Shown here: positions 21,229 through 28,418 of the stretch, piece by piece
How the letters are laid out: each line of letters opens with the position of its first letter
Numbering within the stretch: position 1 is the stretch's first letter
NCBI RefSeq assembly: GCF_006345805.1
Contig: NW_021833533.1
Span: forward strand, 1 to 28,418
Length of the DNA stretch: 28,418 bases
Direction: 5' to 3'
Origin: Octopus sinensis
Lineage: Eukaryota
Translations under genes and position numbers: made by a program
The notes under the pieces: generated by a model
Databases searched by the model: none
The model's input: only the letters and a program-made list of their open reading frames with translations
Told to the model about the DNA's origin: nothing

Positions 21229-22172
21229 CTTTTCTACTCTAGGTACAAGGCCCGAAATTTTGGGGGAGGGGGCCAGTCGATTAGATCGACCCTGGTACGC
21301 AACTGGTTCTTAATTCATTGATCCTCAAAGGATGAAAGACAAAGTCGACCTCGTTGGAATTTGAACTCAGAATGTAAAGACAAACGAAATACCTATTTCT
21401 TTACTACCCACAAGGGGCTAAACACAGAGGGGACAAACAAGGACAGACAAGCAGATTAAGTTGATTAAATCGACCCCAGTGCATAACTGGTACTTAATTT
21501 ATCAACCCTGAAAGGATGAAAGGCAAAGTCGACCTTGGTGGAATTTGAACTCAGAACGTAGCAGCAGACGAAATACCTATTTCTTTACTACCCACAAGGG
21601 GCTAAACACAGAGGGGACAAACAAGGACAGACATAGGTATTAAGTTGATTACATCAACCCCAATGCGTAACTGGTACTTAATTTATCGACCCCGAAAGGA
21701 TGAAAGGCAAAGTCGACCTTGGCGGAATTTGAACTCAGAACGTAGCGGCAGACGAAATACCTATTTCTTTACTACCCACAAGGGGCTAAACACAGAGGGG
21801 ACAAACATGGACAGACATAGGTATTATGTCGATTACATCAACCCCAGTACGCAACTGTTACTCAATTTATCGACCCCAAAAGGATGAAAGGCAAAGTCGA
21901 TCTCGGCGGAATTTGAACTCAGAACGTAATGGCAGATGAAATACCTATTTCTTTACTACCCACAAGGGGCTAAACACAGAGGGGACAAACATGGACAGAC
22001 ATAGGTATTATGTCGATTACATCAACCCCAGTACGCAACTGTTACTCAATTTATCGACCCCAAAAGGATGAAAGGCAAAGTCGATCTCGGCGGAATTTGA
22101 ACTCAGAACATAATGGCAGATGAAATACCGCTAAGCGTTTCCCCTGGCATGCTAACGTTTCTGCCAGTTCTC
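21229..22172 (-). mobile_element. SINE family B composite: one head (22130-22172), four 184-bp body units, then a different-tail body (21229-21393)
   Basis: Family B sequence throughout, with repeated gaaatacc|tatttctttactacccacaag junctions. Confidence 0.85.
21394..22129. repeat. Four head-to-tail 184-bp units
   Basis: tatttctttactacccacaagggg starts at 21394, 21578, 21762 and 21946. Confidence 0.92.
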
Positions 22173-22560
22173 CACTTTGAAACTACAAGATAATGCACAA
22201 CTAATGCTTTAACATTTAAACTGGTTATATCCAGCCTAAATAACCCACTTGTCTTATTTTCAAACTGGCCAGGTCCAGCCTCTCACACTTATCCCACAAT
22301 ACCACTCTAAAAATTAACGCTCACGCCACTGAAATCTCAAAGCTATAAGTTAATCCATGATCAATTCAAAACAATGTGAATAAATAAGGATTATGTTTGA
22401 CTGAGAAATCTGAATGCTAAAGGAGTTAATCCACTGAACTAGAAACAAAAACAGGCCCCGAAGAAGATACGCTTTTTCTTTTTAAAGAATTCTTTTGCGG
22501 AGGGTGGGTTGCTGAGTGAAGGATCAGTTATCCTTGCAGGGGTTACAGATCCATATCTGC

Positions 22561-22579
22561 ATATATATATATACATACA

Positions 22580-22653
<74 letters not shown>

Positions 22654-22816
22654 GTGTGTGTATAACATATATATATGTATATATATATGGTATATATATA
22701 TATACATATATATATATTATATATATATATGTGTGGTGTTATATATATATATATGTATGTGTGTGTGTACATATATACATATATATACATACATACATAC
22801 ATTATATATAATATAC

Positions 22817-22873
<57 letters not shown>

Positions 22874-22922
22874 CATGTATATATATATATACATACATAC
22901 ACATACACACACACGCTCACAC
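22561..22922. repeat. (TA)n/(TG)n/(CA)n microsatellite region
   Basis: Direct inspection. Confidence 0.95.
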
Positions 22923-23401
22923 GTATGCGTTACATTGGTCTCTCTTCAATAGGACATAAAAACCGAGAATGGGGGGGGTCAGATGTGAGTGAGCAAGGCA
23001 CTTTTCCTGCCCCTTCCCTTGCTTTCTTTCTCGGATCAATCCATTGATGTAGTTTTATAGTCTTCCTCTCCTTTCTTCACCTCCTCATCTCATTCTTCTT
23101 TGCTCTTTTTCTCTTCTTTTCTTCCGATTCCTTACTCTTTTTGTTTTTGGTTTTTTTTGGGGTTTTTTTTGTTTTTCCCTCTCTTGTCATCATCGCCATT
23201 GCTGTTGTTGTTGTTGTTGTTGTTGTTGTCGTCATCGTTTGCTGTTCTTGTCATTGTTTCTTCCTCCTGTTGTTGTTGTGTTCTTCTTCTTCTTCTCGTG
23301 GCCCTCACCTCTCGTTTGATCTGAACAGAAGAGATGTAATTACTAATCATTATTCTCGATTTTATTGACGAGGATGCGATGCTTCCTGTTGTCATTAATA
23401 C

Positions 23402-24530
<1,129 letters not shown>

Positions 24531-24590
24531 TGGCCTTGTGCAAAAAATTTGAAAGCATTGATATTATTGTTATTATTATTATTATTATTA

Positions 24591-24790
24591 AGGCAGTGAG
24601 ATGGCAGAAATGTTAGCACACCAGGCAAAATGCTTAGCGATATTTCGTCTGTCTTTATGTTCTGGGTTCAAATTCTGCTGAGGTCATCCTTTCGGGGTTG
24701 ATAAATTAAGTAGCAGCTGTGTACTGGGGTCAATCTAATCGACTGGCCCCCTCCCCCAAAATTTCAGGCCTTGTGCCTAGAGTAGAAAAC
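24591..24790 (+). mobile_element. SINE family B copy
   Basis: ggcagtgagatggcagaaatgttagc...gggttcaaattc...ccttgtgcctagagtagaaa. Confidence 0.8.
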
Positions 24791-24800
24791 ATTATTATCA

Positions 24801-25123
24801 TGGAGTGAGAGAGAGCAGTGCATGCCATCAAAGTGACACTGGGGTAAAATATACGAAGCCCAGTATACCCATCATGACTACCCGTCTGATAAGGGTACAC
24901 CAGGCACATGCATCACAACCATATGTGCGTGACATGATGATCTTATATCAAGATAAACAGCGCATGACCTTGCAGGTGGGGGCCCAGTTAGAATTTTCTT
25001 CAGGTCGAGTAGCCCACCGTGCTCAAAAGGTCCCTGAATGAAAGTTGTTTAAGGGTGTTGAACGAAACACCCATGTTTCCAGAGGTGAATTATTCAAACC
25101 CCAAAGAATCCCTCTCAACACAT
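24801..25123. mobile_element. Unclassified interspersed-repeat fragment between two SINE B copies
   Basis: Complex sequence wedged between SINEs and lacking splice signals or a recognisable ORF. Single copy in this window, so the repeat status is inferred. Confidence 0.35.
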
Positions 25124-25312
25124 GGCAGAATCATTAACATGCCGGGCTTAGCACCATTTCCCTATCCTGAAATTCTGAGTTCAAATTCCGCTGGGGTTGA
25201 TTTTGCCTTTCATCCTTTCGGGGTCAATAAATTAAGTACCAGTGAAACACTGGGGGGTCGATGTAATCGACTTGTTCCCTCCCACCAAATTTCAGGCCTT
25301 GTGGCAAAAATT
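25124..25312 (+). mobile_element. SINE family B copy
   Basis: ggcagaatcattaacatgccgggc...gagttcaaattccgc...gcctttcatcctttcggggtcaataa. Confidence 0.8.
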
Positions 25313-25559
25313 GGAAACCATTATTATTGTTATTGTTGTTGTTGTTTGCCACATCTGTCTTTATGTGCTACCTCCTAACCATTACCACAGTTAGCTACCA
25401 CTGAAACTGTCATCGCCACCACTACCACCAACACTGCCAGCACCACCACCACCGCTCGCCATCGCCGTGCTAGTGCCTTCCCAGCTCTGTGCCACCAGTG
25501 CCACCAGTACCTCATCGTCATTGTGCCAGCACCACACCTCCGTTGTCACTACTACCAAT

Positions 25560-26337
25560 ACAACCACAACCACAAACATTTATACCACCACCTCTACTGT
25601 TATTACCACCTTGCCATTACCCAGCGCCTCCACCACGCCAACACAGTCACCACTACAACCACCATAACCACAACAACACTCTTTACAAGCACCACAACCA
25701 CCACCTCCACCACTACCACCACCACCATCATAAAGATCACTACTAACACTGCTGCCGCCACCACCATCACCACTACCACTGCCATCATCACCTTCACCAA
25801 AACCATTACGACCACCATCACCACAACCACCACCACCACCACCATCATCACTGTGATTACCAAAACCACCAGCACCACTGCCATCGTCCCCATCATCATT
25901 GTCATCATCATCATCATCACCAACACCACCACCACCACCACCACCCAGAATCATCATCACACACCAACCCACCACTGCCATCATCATCATCATCATCATC
26001 ACAACCATCATCATCACAACCACCATCATCACAACTACCACCACCATCATCATCATCTTAATCACACCACCACCACCACTGCCATCATCATCATCATCAT
26101 CATCACAACCATCATCATCACAACCACCATCATCATCATCTTAATCACACCACCATCACTACCACCGTCACCACCTCCATCATCACAACCACCATCTCCA
26201 CCATCACCAGAACCACTATGATGACCACCACCACCATCTTAATCACACCATCACCACCACTGCCATCATCATCATCACCACCTCCATCATCACGACCACC
26301 ATCTCCACCACCACCACCACCACCATCATCGTCATCA
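25560..26337. repeat. (ACC/CAT)n low-complexity tract
   Basis: Direct inspection. Confidence 0.9.
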
Positions 26338-27442
26338 GCCCTACCAAAACTCTTTAAATACCAGATCAATGTTGAGAAGAAGAAGATGTAGAAGAAGAAA
26401 GATGTTTTGAAATTTGAATAAAATATTCCTGGATCGACTTTGGTAGAATTTAATTGATGTTGTTTTTGCTGTTGTTGTTTCTTGTTTACTTTTTTATTTT
26501 GTTTTGTTGGTCATTGATGTAGGAATTAGGGGGCGTTTGTAGGGGTTAATGGGAGTTGGGGGTGGCAGCAGCAGAGGAGGAGGAGCATTTAGAAGGTTTG
26601 CAAAGGTGGAGGAGGCTGGAGTGGCATGGCAGGGGCGGCATTTGGAAAGGAAGGTCACATTACAGCGCAGTTTATGTACTTTTTTTTACATGTGTTGGCA
26701 CCTTTGTTGTTGTTGCTGTTGTTGTTGTTCTTCTTCTTCTTGTGTGTTTCCTACCCTTTGTTGTGGTTGCGGCGGCAGTGGTAGCAGCGATGTTGGAGGT
26801 GGTGGTCGTGGGCGGAGGTGTTGTATGAAACATAAGATATAAAATAACAAGGAATGCTGCTTCCCATAAACTTGTTGTTGTCGTTGTTGTTGTTGGCGAT
26901 GGTGGCCATGGCAGGGGCGGCGTCAGCGGTAGGGGGAGGAGGGTGCTGGCAATTGTGTTGGTATAGGATGCAAGAAATACAAAATAATAAAAATGGCAGG
27001 CCCCTCCCCTCAAAAAAAAAACAAGGTATGCCCCTTTCCTTAAAGCTAGTTATTATCATTGTTATTGTTGTTATTATTGTTATTGCTGTTGTTGTTATTC
27101 TTGAGGGCTGGTGGTCATGTTGGGATCATGCTGGTGCTGGCGGGGGGGAGGGAATGATGTTGGCTTAGGATAAGAGGAACCATAAAATACAAAATAAGGA
27201 AGATAAAACAAAAATAACAACAAACACTGGTTCTTCTCATAAACTTGTTGTTGTTGTTGGTACTGGTGGTGGGGGGGAGGTGGGTGGTGACATCGGTGGC
27301 GCTGAGGATAATGACAAGGTGAGGTGACTCTCTTTGACATCCCTGCATATTGTTGGTCTTTTACTGCCAAGGTAAACAACTGTGGTCGAGGGAGTTCCAG
27401 AAGATAAAGGGCAAAATGGGAGTGCAACAACAACAACATCAA

Positions 27443-27868
27443 CAATAGTAATAATAATGATGATAATAATAATAATAATAATAATGATAATGGTGATAAT
27501 AATAATGATGATAATAATAATAATGATGATAATGATAATAATAATGATAATGATAATAATGATAATGATAATAATGGTGATAATAATGATAATAATGATA
27601 ATGATAATAATGATAATAATAATGATAATAATAATAATAATGATAATGATAATAATGATAATAATAATAATGATGATAATGATAATAATAATGGATAATG
27701 ATAATAATAATGGTAATAATAATAATGGTAATAATAATAATGATAATAATAATAATAATGATAATAATAATAATAATGGTGATAATAATAATAATAATGA
27801 TAATGATAATAATAATAATGATGATAATAATAATAATGATAATAATAATGATAATAATAATAATAATG
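27443..27868. repeat. (AAT/GAT)n microsatellite
   Basis: Direct inspection. Confidence 0.95.
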
Positions 27869-27869
27869 G

Positions 27870-28418
27870 TTTCGGGTTTTGGCACCAGGTCCTGCAATTT
27901 TAGAGGAAGGTGTAAGTCGATGTCCTCAACCCAAGTGTATCACTGGTACTTATTTGATCAACTCTGAAAGGAATAACGGAAAAGTTGTCCTCGGCAGAAT
28001 TTGAACCCAGAATATAAAAAATGAATGAAAGGCTGCTATGCATTTGGCCCCGTGTGGTAATGATTCTGCCAGCTCACAACCTTAGTAGTAGTAGTAGTAG
28101 TAATCCTTTCTACTAAAGGCATAAGGTCTAACATTTTTTTTTTTTGGTGGTGGGGGTAATGGATTACATCAACCCCAGTGTTCAACTGGTACTTAATTTA
28201 TCGACCCTGAAAGGATGAAAGGCAAAGTCGACCTTGGTGGAATTTGAACTCAGAACGTAAAGATGGATGAAATACCACTAAGCATTTCACCTGGCATGCT
28301 AATATTTCTGTCAGTTCACCGCCTTAAAATAGAAGAATCTTTTCTATTCTAGGCACAAGGCCTGAAATTTTTTGGAGAGGCAGAGGCCAGTCGATTAGAT
28401 CACCCCAGTACTTAACTG
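27870..28418 (-). mobile_element. Three consecutive SINE family B copies (about 27870-28084, 28104-28326, 28338-window end)
   Basis: Each shows the reverse complement of the family B tail and core. The last runs off the window. Confidence 0.8.

Larger units (their letters stand above)
21047..22429. mobile_element. piggyBac-like MITE(s) hosting the SINE B multimer
   Basis: TTAA-tcctttagcatt at 21047 and aatgctaaaggag-TTAA ending at 22429. The internal segments 21051-21228 and 22200-22350 are similar to each other. Another end (gaatactaaagggTTAA) shares the TTAA at 21047-21050. Confidence 0.55.

Overview
Eukaryotic, repeat-saturated intronic DNA, most likely from an Octopus-like cephalopod (inferred from the extreme microsatellite density and the tRNA-derived SINE families). 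The only credible host coding sequence is three internal + strand exons of the SAGA subunit SPT3 (SUPT3H): 10208-10292, 12732-12818 and 20312-20411. They splice in frame with canonical AG/GT sites. The first coding exon and the downstream exons were not found in the window. Nearly all long ORFs in the track are translations of simple repeats. The introns hold at least four SINE families, a decayed and internally rearranged Tc1 transposon with nested insertions, a Penelope-type minimal hammerhead ribozyme, probable MITEs and several tandem arrays. I see no new protein-coding system. The most interesting signals are at the RNA and mobile-element level: the hammerhead, a structured cUUCGg RNA motif, a fixed-junction SINE multimer, the rearranged Tc1, and inverted SINE pairs flanking SUPT3H exons.
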